Assembly (NCBI GenBank): GCA_963783305.1
Contig: CAWAMW010000002.1
Location: 736,001-800,000 of the forward strand
Direction of reading: 5' to 3'
Origin: an uncultured Gemmatimonadales bacterium
GTDB lineage: Bacteria > Gemmatimonadota > Gemmatimonadetes > Longimicrobiales > RSA9
Length of the DNA: 64,000 nucleotides
The position numbers were made by a program, and so were the translations under genes. This document shows, one piece after another, positions 40,051 to 49,099 of the stretch; the stretch's first letter is position 1, and every line of letters starts with the position of its first letter. Under the pieces are notes generated by a model, which was not told the DNA's origin, did no database searches, and saw nothing but the letters and a program-made list of their open reading frames with translations.

Positions 40051-40064
40051 GCCCGGCCGTGGTC

Positions 40065-40955
40065 TCAGCCGGCGAGCCGCTCCAGCAGCTCGCGCATTCG
40101 CACGTCCCACGGGTCCGCAGAGGCATCCTCGCCGTCGATCTCAGGCTCCGCCTGCGGCGTCTCCAGGATCAACGGGATACCGCGGCTCCTCGGGTCCGAC
40201 AGCAGCCATTCGAACGCCTCCGCGCCGATCTCGCCCTCCCCGATCAGCGCGTGGCGGTCCTTGTTGCTACCCATGGGAAACTGGCTGTCGTTCAGGTGGT
40301 AGAAGCTCGGCGGCTCCCCAGTCGCCTCCTCCCACTCGTCGAGCACCCCCACGAGCCGCTCCCGCGATTCAGAAAGGTCGTAACCGGCGCTGAAGAGGTG
40401 GCAGGTGTCCAGTCCGTACCCCGTTCGCGGCCGCAGCGATGGGGGAACTCCTTTCAGGATCGTCGCCACCTCCTCGGCCGTGCGGCCCACCGTCGCCCCC
40501 GCCCCCGCCGTGTTCTCCACCCACACCTTCGTCTCCGTCTCCACTGACTCCAGCGCACCCACGATCGCCGCCGACACGTGCCTCAGCGCGGGCGCCACCT
40601 CGCCCTTCCCGGCGCTGCCCGGGTGGAAGCACACCCCGCCCGCCCCGATCTCCGCCGACCGCTCCAGCTCCTTGGCGAGCCCCGCGTGCGCACGGCCTCG
40701 CTTGCCCTCGTCCTGGTTCGCGGTATTCAGCACGTACGCAGCATGCACGACGACGTTCCTGCCGTCCATGCCGGTCTCCGAGAGAGCCCTCCGGAACCGC
40801 TCCACCCGCTCCTCGCTGATCCCCGACTTGTCGCCGTAGAACTTCGGGATGGCCGTAAAGACCTGAACCGCATCAAGGCCGGCCGCGTGGGCGCGATAGA
40901 CGGCCATTTCGATGCCGCCGTTGCTGATCGTGTGGGAACCGAAGATGTGGGTCAT
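40065..40955 (-). CDS. nfo: Endonuclease IV (AP endonuclease 2)
   Basis: HAAYVLN, FHPGS, ENTAG, LDTCHLF, HLNDS, DRHA, ILETP. Confidence 0.93.
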   Translation of the reverse strand: MTHIFGSHTISNGGIEMAVYRAHAAGLDAVQVFTAIPKFYGDKSGISEERVERFRRALSETGMDGRNVVVHAAYVLNTANQDEGKRGRAHAGLAKELERSAEIGAGGVCFHPGSAGKGEVAPALRHVSAAIVGALESVETETKVWVENTAGAGATVGRTAEEVATILKGVPPSLRPRTGYGLDTCHLFSAGYDLSESRERLVGVLDEWEEATGEPPSFYHLNDSQFPMGSNKDRHALIGEGEIGAEAFEWLLSDPRSRGIPLILETPQAEPEIDGEDASADPWDVRMRELLERLAG

Positions 40956-41078
40956 GCGAATCGGGATTCGGAAGTCGGGTTTGAGCCTGGCACGGGCGCC
41001 GCCAGAGACCTGTCGGCGCCCCTCGAGCGCACCCCAACCTCGCCGGGCGACGGGATGGCTGCAAGCCACCCCCGGCGG

Positions 41079-43001
41079 TTACCGCAGGGGCAGGCGCGTG
41101 ATCCCCGGCAGGGTTGGCACCACCAGACCGTCGCCCACTCCAAAGCCACCGGGAAGATCGATGGGCAGCCTCCCGGTGATCGGGATCTCGCCCATCAGCG
41201 CGCGCACCGCCGCCTCCTGGCTGACGTCCGCCCGATCCCACGCCAGCATGTACGTCCCGGCGGCCGGGACCTGGCGGATCAGGTACGGGTCTCCGAACGA
41301 CACGACCGGGGCTCCCCAGAGCGCGAGCTCCGTCGCCAGCGCCACGATGGCCTCGGGCAGGCCGAGAGCGCCCTTCCACGGCACCGCGCGAGAGAAGCTG
41401 GCGAAGACCGTCACGTCGGCTGCGGCCGCCGCCTCCCGCGCCCGTTGGAGCGCCGCTTCCCCCGATCCGCGCGACAGCCGGACCGCCTGCACGCGCGCAC
41501 CACGATCGGCCAGCGCTCGCTCGAAGACCCGCCCGGCCGTGTGATCCCGGGCATCGTCGTAGATGACCACGAGCACCGTTTGGTCCTTTACGCTCAGCGG
41601 GAGCGACCGTGAGTCCGCCACCGGAACGGTGATGGATCGTTCCGCTACCCGCCGCGCCCACGCCCCGTGGTCTGAACGGCCGACCTGCGCCAGGATCACT
41701 CCCAGGTTCGTTCGCCGTTCGCGGCTCAGACCGGCCGCCGCCTTGGCCATGAGCACCCGTCGCACCGATCGGTCGATGCGCTCCTCGCTCAGGTCGCCCC
41801 GCCGCACCGCCCGCACCACCGCGTCGATGGCCTCGGCCTCGTCCGGCGGCATCAGCAGGATGTCCGCCCCCGCCAGGATCGCCGCCACCGCCACGGCACC
41901 CGTTCGGCCTGAGCCCTTCACCCCGTCCATGTGCAGCGCATCCGTCACCACCAGCCCTTCGAACCCCAGCTCGTGACGCAGCAGGTCGGTGAGGATCGGA
42001 GGCGAAAGCGTGGCCGGGCGCGGGCGGGCTCCGGGGTCGAGGAGCGGCAGCGCCACGTGCGCCGTCATCACGCCCTCCACACCGCCAGCGATGGCCGCCC
42101 GGAAGGGTCGGAGCTCCACCTCCTCCAGACGAAACCGGTCCACGTCCAGCACCGGCAGATCCAGATGCGAGTCGGTCTCCGTATCTCCGTGTCCCGGAAA
42201 GTGCTTCACCACCGTCATGAGACCGGCGCTCCGAGCACCCTCGATGAAGGCCACCACCCGGTCCGATACCTGTCCGGGATCGCTCCCGTACGAGCGCGTG
42301 TTGATAACCGGGTTCTCCGGATTCACGTTTACATCCGCCACGGGCGCGAACGCCATGTGCACGCCCGCCGCACGAGCTTCCAGCGCCGTGATCCGGCCCG
42401 CCTCGTACGCCAGCTCCGCCCGACCGGCCGCCGCCACCGCCATGTTGATCGGCAGCACCGTCGCGCCCCGTAGCCGCGTCCCCGGCCCCCACTCCAGATC
42501 CGCCGTCACCAGCAGCGGCAGCAACGACCGCTCCTGGAGCTCGTTCAGCCACGCCGCCGTCTCATGGCCTGAACCCACACCCACAATGAGCCCCCCGACC
42601 TTCGCCCGCTCCACCAGCCGCACCGCTCGCTTCCAACGGGCTCCACCCACCTCGGGCCGTCCGCCCTCGATGTACGAGATGACCAGCTGCCCGACCTTCT
42701 CCTCCAGCGTCAGGCCCGCCGCCGTCCGCTCGATCCATAGCCAGTCTTCCGCGCGCAGGCGTTCGCTCAGCGCCGCATCCGGCGCGAACTCCGGGTCCTT
42801 CGCGGCCTCGCTACTCCCCTCGGCCTCCGGCGATGCCGCATCCAGCCATGCCGGTTCCACACCCTCCGGCGCCGCCACCTCGGACTGCCACTCGGGTGCT
42901 TCCGTCCAGTCGTCCCGACCCAGCGGGCCGTCCTGTGACACCGGCGTGCCAATTTGCGCGGCCAGCGCCAGAAAGGTGAATGCCGTTGCGGGTAGAATCA
43001 C
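41079..43001 (-). CDS. Glycoside hydrolase family 3 beta-N-acetylhexosaminidase (NagZ-like, secreted)
   Basis: APVADVN, KHFPGHGDTETDSH, VTDALHM; GTG start chosen after a GAGAGG SD. Confidence 0.88.
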   Translation of the reverse strand: MILPATAFTFLALAAQIGTPVSQDGPLGRDDWTEAPEWQSEVAAPEGVEPAWLDAASPEAEGSSEAAKDPEFAPDAALSERLRAEDWLWIERTAAGLTLEEKVGQLVISYIEGGRPEVGGARWKRAVRLVERAKVGGLIVGVGSGHETAAWLNELQERSLLPLLVTADLEWGPGTRLRGATVLPINMAVAAAGRAELAYEAGRITALEARAAGVHMAFAPVADVNVNPENPVINTRSYGSDPGQVSDRVVAFIEGARSAGLMTVVKHFPGHGDTETDSHLDLPVLDVDRFRLEEVELRPFRAAIAGGVEGVMTAHVALPLLDPGARPRPATLSPPILTDLLRHELGFEGLVVTDALHMDGVKGSGRTGAVAVAAILAGADILLMPPDEAEAIDAVVRAVRRGDLSEERIDRSVRRVLMAKAAAGLSRERRTNLGVILAQVGRSDHGAWARRVAERSITVPVADSRSLPLSVKDQTVLVVIYDDARDHTAGRVFERALADRGARVQAVRLSRGSGEAALQRAREAAAAADVTVFASFSRAVPWKGALGLPEAIVALATELALWGAPVVSFGDPYLIRQVPAAGTYMLAWDRADVSQEAAVRALMGEIPITGRLPIDLPGGFGVGDGLVVPTLPGITRLPLR

Positions 43002-43191
43002 GGACCTCTCGAGGTGCAGGAAACCGACATGCCAGCATCTCCGGAACGGGAAACCGGAGGCGCTCACCTTAATCTCTACCCGGCGGACCCGCGCGCAAGT
43101 TCCGCTACCCCCCGGGTGACAAACCGGCCGGGACCCTGCTGCGTCCCGGCCGACGGCGGCTAACCCCCGTTGATCCCAGCGAGTTACGCTC

Positions 43192-43220
43192 TTGACACCC
43201 CGCCCGGCCCCATCCACCTT
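43192..43220 (+). promoter_or_regulatory. Putative sigma70 promoter for the hypothetical-peptide-HD-GYP unit
   Basis: TTGACA, 17 bp spacer, CACCTT (weak -10). Confidence 0.45.
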
Positions 43221-43348
43221 ACCTGACCGACCCTTCAGGAACACACTGAGATCGGGTGGCGTGCGGCGCCGGCCGCAGCAGCAGCGGCAGCCACGCTTTC
43301 CTCCGAACAGAGCCGAACAAAACCGTGGATGGCAGGCGACGACAGCCC

Positions 43349-44128
43349 GTGACGCACCCCGATATCGCGGTCGAGGCCGAGTCGCTCGTCCGTGCATTAC
43401 GAGGGGTCACCTGCGCCCGAATTCGCAGCTCCGACCACGGAATCGAGAGCATCCACGTCACCGCCAGCGATGACGACGCAGCCACTCACATGGCCGCCCA
43501 CGTCCGGTCAGCACTCCTCGCCGGACTCGCCGCACCCGTCACCCCCGCTCGCATCCACATCGTTGTGGCCCCGAACGACGAGCAGAGCGCGCCCACGGCG
43601 CCGCCCTCCGACGATCGGCTCCAGCTCCTCCGTTCCGACACGACTCCACAGCAGACGCTACCACAGCCCGATGCGCCCGCGTCCGGGGATGTGGACGCGG
43701 AAGACCGCCTCAATCCGCCCGGAGACCACGGCGACCCCGAAGCAGCGACCGAACGCCCCATCACGGCCCGCCCGCGACTCGTGGCCGTCGACACCGACCA
43801 CCCCGGCGGTGGCCGCGTGATCTGCCGCGTATCGATCGCTTACGGCACTCGCGTCCACCGCGCCGAGGCTGTCGCCGTCGACCTGCCCGGCTCCGCCGCT
43901 CAGGCCGCCGCCCAGGCCGCCGTCCGCGCACTCATCGACGCAGGCTTCACCGGCATCGAGCTCTGCGGACTGCGCGAAGTCGAGATCGCCGGCCGCGACT
44001 ACGTCCTCGTAGCACTCCGACGTACCGAGCCCTTCACGCGGACCCGCTCCGGCAGCGCACCCATCGTCGGGTCCGCCGAGCGCTCCGCCGCCGAGGCGAC
44101 CGTCGCCGCGGCCCACGAACTGTCATGA
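43349..44128 (+). CDS. Hypothetical two-domain protein upstream of the peptide/HD-GYP genes
   Basis: Long ORF with host-like codon usage; N-terminal alpha/beta domain, Pro-rich linker, C-terminal alpha/beta domain; start uncertain. Confidence 0.75.
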   Translation: MTHPDIAVEAESLVRALRGVTCARIRSSDHGIESIHVTASDDDAATHMAAHVRSALLAGLAAPVTPARIHIVVAPNDEQSAPTAPPSDDRLQLLRSDTTPQQTLPQPDAPASGDVDAEDRLNPPGDHGDPEAATERPITARPRLVAVDTDHPGGGRVICRVSIAYGTRVHRAEAVAVDLPGSAAQAAAQAAVRALIDAGFTGIELCGLREVEIAGRDYVLVALRRTEPFTRTRSGSAPIVGSAERSAAEATVAAAHELS

Positions 44129-44309
44129 TCGATCCGACGCGTCGGCCGCAACGCCGACCCGACCCGAACATCACCAACTAAAGGAGCCCCCCGCCGGCGG
44201 AAAACATCAGCGAAGTACTCAGCGGACACCAGCAGGACCCAGCGGAGCGTTCGCGGCCCACCATTAGCGGATCGAGGCCGACGCACACGCGAAAGGAGGT
44301 GACGCTGAC

Positions 44310-44378
44310 ATGGAGCTAATTCTTCGCCTGATCGCGGCCGTAGTCTCGCTGTTGGGGGCAGGCCAACTGACAGTATAA
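44310..44378 (+). CDS. 22-aa hydrophobic peptide MELILRLIAAVVSLLGAGQLTV (putative signalling peptide precursor)
   Basis: SD AAAGGAGGTG at 44292-44301, 8 nt before the ATG; stop TAA; 32 nt upstream of the HD-GYP gene; below the ORF-track size cutoff. Confidence 0.7.
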   Translation: MELILRLIAAVVSLLGAGQLTV

Positions 44379-44410
44379 GTAGGGCTGGGGGTTCCTTTTT
44401 ATTTTTGCCG

Positions 44411-45754
44411 ATGCCAAAACCGCTCACTTTCTTTATAACCGGCCTGACCGCTGCGGCTGTTTCCTTCGTTTTGCTGTTGGACTGGGCACCTCTTGTCAGC
44501 TTCACCCCTACCGAGATCGGTGGGCTCGCCACCTTTGTGGCTCTGGCGGTGCTCTCTCAGGCAATGGCGGTCGACTCCGTGGTTGGAGTGGCCAAGCCGG
44601 TGAAGTCGTCAATTGCCTTTCTACCGCTACTGGCATTGGCCGTCGTATTCCCTCCCGTCGCTGTGGTTATCGCTGCTGGGGGCATGTTCGTGGTGAACGA
44701 ACTGGTCCTTCGCAGGGATAGGATCTGGATGCGGGCTGCGTTTAACATCAGCCAAATCGTCCTGTCGTACGGGTGCGCCAGCTGGTTATTTCACCGGCTA
44801 TACTGGGTGAACTCCGCAGGCGCTGAAACTCTGTTTGATGGTGGCCTGGCCGCCATCTTTGTCCCGTTCTACGCCCTCGCGTTCACATTTTTCGGCCTGA
44901 ATCTGCTGGTTGTCGGCGCTTACATCGCCATTCGGGACAAGCAGCCATACTGGCGGATCATCCAGGAATCAGCAGGAAGCGGTGGTGGGAACCTCTTTTA
45001 TGATCTTTTGGCCAGCCCGGTTGCTCTCTTCGCGGCATACCTGTATGTCAACATGAAGGTCGCTGGGCTACTCGGCTTTGTTCTGCCACTTCTTCTTATC
45101 AGGCACTCCTATCTCGCAGCCATGCAGTTGGAGAAGGCGAACCGGGACCTACTGCAGGTGCTGATCAAGGCTATCGAGACGAGGGATCCGTACACATCAG
45201 GGCATTCCCTCCGCGTGTCTACCCTGGCAAAGATGATTGCGGAAGACCATGGCTTGCGGGCGTCAATCGTTAATGATATCGAGAACGCCGCTCTCCTGCA
45301 CGATGTAGGCAAAATCGATGCACTCTATTCGGATATCATTGCAAAAGACTCTAGCCTTTCGGAAGAGGAACTTGACATAATCAAGACTCATGCTGCTACG
45401 GGCGCCGATCTCCTACAAAGTTTGACCTCCTTGGACCGTCAGATCGTCGTTGGCGTTCGCCACCACCACGAACGGTACGACGGGACCGGGTATCCGGACC
45501 GACTACAAGGGAAATCGATCCCTCTCGCGGCTCGCATTATCATGCTGTGCGATTCAATCGACGCAATGTTATCCGATCGACCCTACCGCGCTGCTCTGCC
45601 TGTGCAGCATGTTCGATCGGAACTCATCCGCTGCTCAGGCAGTCAATTCGACCCTGACCTCGTGCGGACAATTTTGAACAACAACACGCTCGAACGGGCT
45701 GCCTTCCTTGCCGACAGGTCTGGGGCACGTACGCCCGTACGGGTCGTAGGCTGA
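44411..45754 (+). CDS. Membrane-sensor HD-GYP c-di-GMP phosphodiesterase
   Basis: About 7 N-terminal TM segments; intact RDPYTSGHS, LHDVGK, HHHERYDGTGYP and CDSIDAMLSDRPYR. Confidence 0.92.
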   Translation: MPKPLTFFITGLTAAAVSFVLLLDWAPLVSFTPTEIGGLATFVALAVLSQAMAVDSVVGVAKPVKSSIAFLPLLALAVVFPPVAVVIAAGGMFVVNELVLRRDRIWMRAAFNISQIVLSYGCASWLFHRLYWVNSAGAETLFDGGLAAIFVPFYALAFTFFGLNLLVVGAYIAIRDKQPYWRIIQESAGSGGGNLFYDLLASPVALFAAYLYVNMKVAGLLGFVLPLLLIRHSYLAAMQLEKANRDLLQVLIKAIETRDPYTSGHSLRVSTLAKMIAEDHGLRASIVNDIENAALLHDVGKIDALYSDIIAKDSSLSEEELDIIKTHAATGADLLQSLTSLDRQIVVGVRHHHERYDGTGYPDRLQGKSIPLAARIIMLCDSIDAMLSDRPYRAALPVQHVRSELIRCSGSQFDPDLVRTILNNNTLERAAFLADRSGARTPVRVVG

Positions 45755-45937
45755 CGCAGCCCTTTTTAAGTTAGCTGCACCGCCTAAGCTGTCCCAGACC
45801 GAGACAAGCGCCTCTATAGGCCACAGAATTGTTCTACGACTCCCCTCGTAGCGAATTGTCTCAAGTGGCTATCGGTTCCCTTAGACAATTGTGCAACATT
45901 ACACCAGTCGCGAGATCTCGTCTCAGGTGGGGTTCCC

Positions 45938-48900
45938 ATGGTGGTTCAGAGTCTATGCAGTTGCACCTTGTTGGGTAGGTGTACGCTGCAATACGCCGGT
46001 AAATGCATTTATTTCAGCCCCAAGCATGTGGCGCTTATCGCCAGGCTCGCGACCTCGAGAACTCGGAGTTGTAGCAGAGCCGTTCTTGCGCGAGAGCTCT
46101 GGCCGGCGTCGGATGACAGCGATGGTCGGCACAGTTTAAGTCAGGCGATTTACCGACTTCGGTCCCTGACTCACGCCTCGCTAATTGAGGCAGATTCGGA
46201 AGTCGTCACTCTAGGAGCAATTACCACAGACATCGAGGCATTCTGCTCTCACCACGGGCTCGGTCGGTGGAAGGAGGCAGCAGAAGTGTACGGTGGCTCG
46301 CTCTTAGAGACGGTGGAATTGGATGAATGCGTCGATATTTCCCACTGGGTTGAATCCACAGCGGCTCATTATCGACTGATGGCGGAGGATGTGCTCGATG
46401 GCCTTTGCGCTGACGGAGAATGGGCACCCGCCCTTAAGTTGTCGGACACTCTCTTAGAGAAGGACAACGAAGATCCGCGGCTTCATGCTCTGCGGCTTCG
46501 GGCTATCGGGGAGTTGAACGGCGAGGAAGCAGCGGCAGCCGCTTTTCGCGCTGCTGATCTTTCCGATCGAGGTGCAGTTTACGAACTCTGGCGCAACCTA
46601 TCGGGGATGGCCGGTGACACCAGGCGCAGTTCCCCGATATTTGTAGGGCGCAATACCGAACTGGCCCAACTTGAAAGGGAACTCTCCTGCGTCAAATCCG
46701 AAGGGACTCGGGCAGTCCTCTTGGACGGCGACGCAGGAATAGGCAAGACGGCCCTCTTGAATCGATTCGTCAAGACACGCGTAATCAGAGGCGATATTGC
46801 GCTCGTCGCTTCTTCGTCTGAGGCAGAACAAAAGGTACCGTTTGGCGTTTTAGACCAGTGGCTCCAAGCAATTCCTGATCGGCTATTGGCCCGCCACTAC
46901 GACGCCCCCTGGTGGCCCGTTCTCTGTGGCTTGTTCCCTTCACTATCAGCCAAACACGAGGCACAACTTGTTGACCCGGTTGAGCACCGGAGGCTTCTTG
47001 AGGCCTTGCGACGCCTTTTCGCCGCGCTCGCCGACAATAATGTGCTTTTGATTTCGGTGGACGATGCGCACTTCGCCGACTCCGCGTCCTTGGCGTTTCT
47101 CTCCTACCTAATCGGCAAAGAGCGGGAGGCCCCCATAATGCTGCTGTTGGCGCGGCGGAGTAGGGCAAGCGGAGGACTGGAGTCACTCGTCGACCGCTAC
47201 TCAGCAACCCGAATAGCTCTGGACCCGCTTTCTGAAGCAGATATCGATCTGTGGCTGCGTAAAGTCCGCATTGGAGACGAGGGACGCCGCAATGACTCTG
47301 TTTCAAGTCTCGTATTAAGAACCGGAGGAAGCCCCCTCCTGATCGCGGCCCTCCTTGAAGGCCAACGCGATCTGCCTCCGGAGCATCTGCCTGCGACTGT
47401 CATGGAGTACTACAGGCCGATCCTACTTAGCCTATCGCCGACGTCGAATTCAATTCTGGTCGCAATTTCTATTATTGGAGAACACGTCGCTCGCGATATA
47501 CTTGCGAGTATCGTTGGGTTGTCCGGCACTGCCACTGCCAGTGCCTGCACCGAGTTGTTGCAGGCTGGGCTTATAGTGATCGGGCCTGAGGGTGTTGTTG
47601 GGCTTAGGCATGGTATTGTGGGAGAGGTCGCTCTTTCGTTGGCGACTGAACCCGAGCAGCGCCGGATCCACGGGCGCACCGCACGCTTGTATGAGCACCG
47701 CCGCCCTGCTGGTACCGCAATCGCAGCTGTTTCCCATGACATCGCAGGCAACAAAACGGCCGCTTTCACTGCGGCCAAGCGAGCAGCGCAGGCTTGCGCT
47801 GTTCTTAACGCACACAGTGAGCGTCTGTTCTTCCTTAAGCTGGCAATTGCGAATGCTCCTAATTCAGATGAGGCCGCCGGTCAAAGGGTCGCCTTAGCGG
47901 AAGTTCTACTGACATTGGGTCGTCCAGGAGAGGCACTGGAATCTTTGAACGAGAAACTGGTTCAAGGGGCAGCTTTGCAAACGAACGTGCGCGTGCAAGT
48001 CCAGCGACTCTCTGCGAGACTCGCACTCGCAGGAACGGCCGAGGAAGTTGAGCAATGCTGGTTTCAGGCGCAGTCATTGGCCAGAGCAACTAGCACGCCT
48101 ATGGTAGCTCGGCTGTACTCCGACATTGCAGGCGCGGCTCACGACCTCGGCAACGACACACTTGCGGGTCAGATTTTGGACAAAACGCGCAACATTGTTG
48201 AGGACCTGCCTGCTTCGATCGCGCGTTCCGAACTCCTCCTTCGCCCAATTAGGCTTACAGGAGTAACTGACGATTGCGATCGGGCCTTCCGTGAACTCGA
48301 AGCCTTGCCGCCCGCCAACGCAACAGCGATCGAGTATAAGTGCAAACTACACGCAACGAAGGGCATTCTTTTAATGTCGGCGGGCAAACCTGCTGCGGCG
48401 GAACGGGAGTTTTCGGAAGCTCTTTTTATTGCTGAGCGTCACGGACTCTACGACAACCTCTTTATGCTCTACAACAATTTAGGCGTTTGCCTCATTGAAC
48501 AGGGTAAGTATATAGATGCGGAATCCCAAATATCGCGAGCAGGGGACTACGCGTCATTCGACACATACCCTGCCCAATACTCACTCGTTTCGGATAACCG
48601 CGCCGTTTTGTATTACGAGACTGGCCGCTATCAGGAGCTTCTCTTTATCGCACAGGACGGCTTGCGAGGAGGGAAGACCAAGGGCCGGCGCAGCCTTCTT
48701 CACACGTACATCATGATTGGACTTGCCGAACTCTCAATCGGTCGTCTGGGAAAAGCCCGCGAGGCTGAGCGAGAAGCCCGCCTTCTTCAGTCAGACAGTC
48801 ATCCTCTCAGGTCGGACTCCTCCTATATACACATTTTTGCTGCAAGAATGCGGGTGGCAAGTGAGCATCCTTACGAGGCAGTCGAGTACCTGGAGGCTCG

Positions 48901-49099
48901 AGCCGGTGACAACATGCGAACACTCGTACTGTCGCGCTGGCGGCTCGAAATCGAAGCCTTTCGCATCCGGTCTTCTATGGGACTCCCTATCCCGGGCATC
49001 GAGCGGCTCCTTGGACAACTTAACGGATCGGGGGCGGAGCCCCTGATCGAGCGCGCGCAAACTCTGCACAGACGGGTTGAGCGCAGCGCAATTTGCTAG
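45938..49099 (+). CDS. SARP-like wHTH/BTAD plus AAA (STAND) ATPase plus TPR transcriptional regulator
   Basis: ELWP..RHSLSQAIYRLR, FVGRNTEL, Walker A GDAGIGKT, Walker B ISVDDAHFAD, TGGSP, YNNLG TPRs. Confidence 0.88.
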   Translation: MVVQSLCSCTLLGRCTLQYAGKCIYFSPKHVALIARLATSRTRSCSRAVLARELWPASDDSDGRHSLSQAIYRLRSLTHASLIEADSEVVTLGAITTDIEAFCSHHGLGRWKEAAEVYGGSLLETVELDECVDISHWVESTAAHYRLMAEDVLDGLCADGEWAPALKLSDTLLEKDNEDPRLHALRLRAIGELNGEEAAAAAFRAADLSDRGAVYELWRNLSGMAGDTRRSSPIFVGRNTELAQLERELSCVKSEGTRAVLLDGDAGIGKTALLNRFVKTRVIRGDIALVASSSEAEQKVPFGVLDQWLQAIPDRLLARHYDAPWWPVLCGLFPSLSAKHEAQLVDPVEHRRLLEALRRLFAALADNNVLLISVDDAHFADSASLAFLSYLIGKEREAPIMLLLARRSRASGGLESLVDRYSATRIALDPLSEADIDLWLRKVRIGDEGRRNDSVSSLVLRTGGSPLLIAALLEGQRDLPPEHLPATVMEYYRPILLSLSPTSNSILVAISIIGEHVARDILASIVGLSGTATASACTELLQAGLIVIGPEGVVGLRHGIVGEVALSLATEPEQRRIHGRTARLYEHRRPAGTAIAAVSHDIAGNKTAAFTAAKRAAQACAVLNAHSERLFFLKLAIANAPNSDEAAGQRVALAEVLLTLGRPGEALESLNEKLVQGAALQTNVRVQVQRLSARLALAGTAEEVEQCWFQAQSLARATSTPMVARLYSDIAGAAHDLGNDTLAGQILDKTRNIVEDLPASIARSELLLRPIRLTGVTDDCDRAFRELEALPPANATAIEYKCKLHATKGILLMSAGKPAAAEREFSEALFIAERHGLYDNLFMLYNNLGVCLIEQGKYIDAESQISRAGDYASFDTYPAQYSLVSDNRAVLYYETGRYQELLFIAQDGLRGGKTKGRRSLLHTYIMIGLAELSIGRLGKAREAEREARLLQSDSHPLRSDSSYIHIFAARMRVASEHPYEAVEYLEARAGDNMRTLVLSRWRLEIEAFRIRSSMGLPIPGIERLLGQLNGSGAEPLIERAQTLHRRVERSAIC

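Noticed and set aside
45760..45850. Second small peptide on the minus strand (GAGGGGAG SD-like; frames RRTILWPIEALVSVWDSLGGAANL or VAYRGACLGLGQLRRCS)
   Set aside because: One frame has no start codon and the GTG of the other is about 15 nt from the SD, so I cannot support it.
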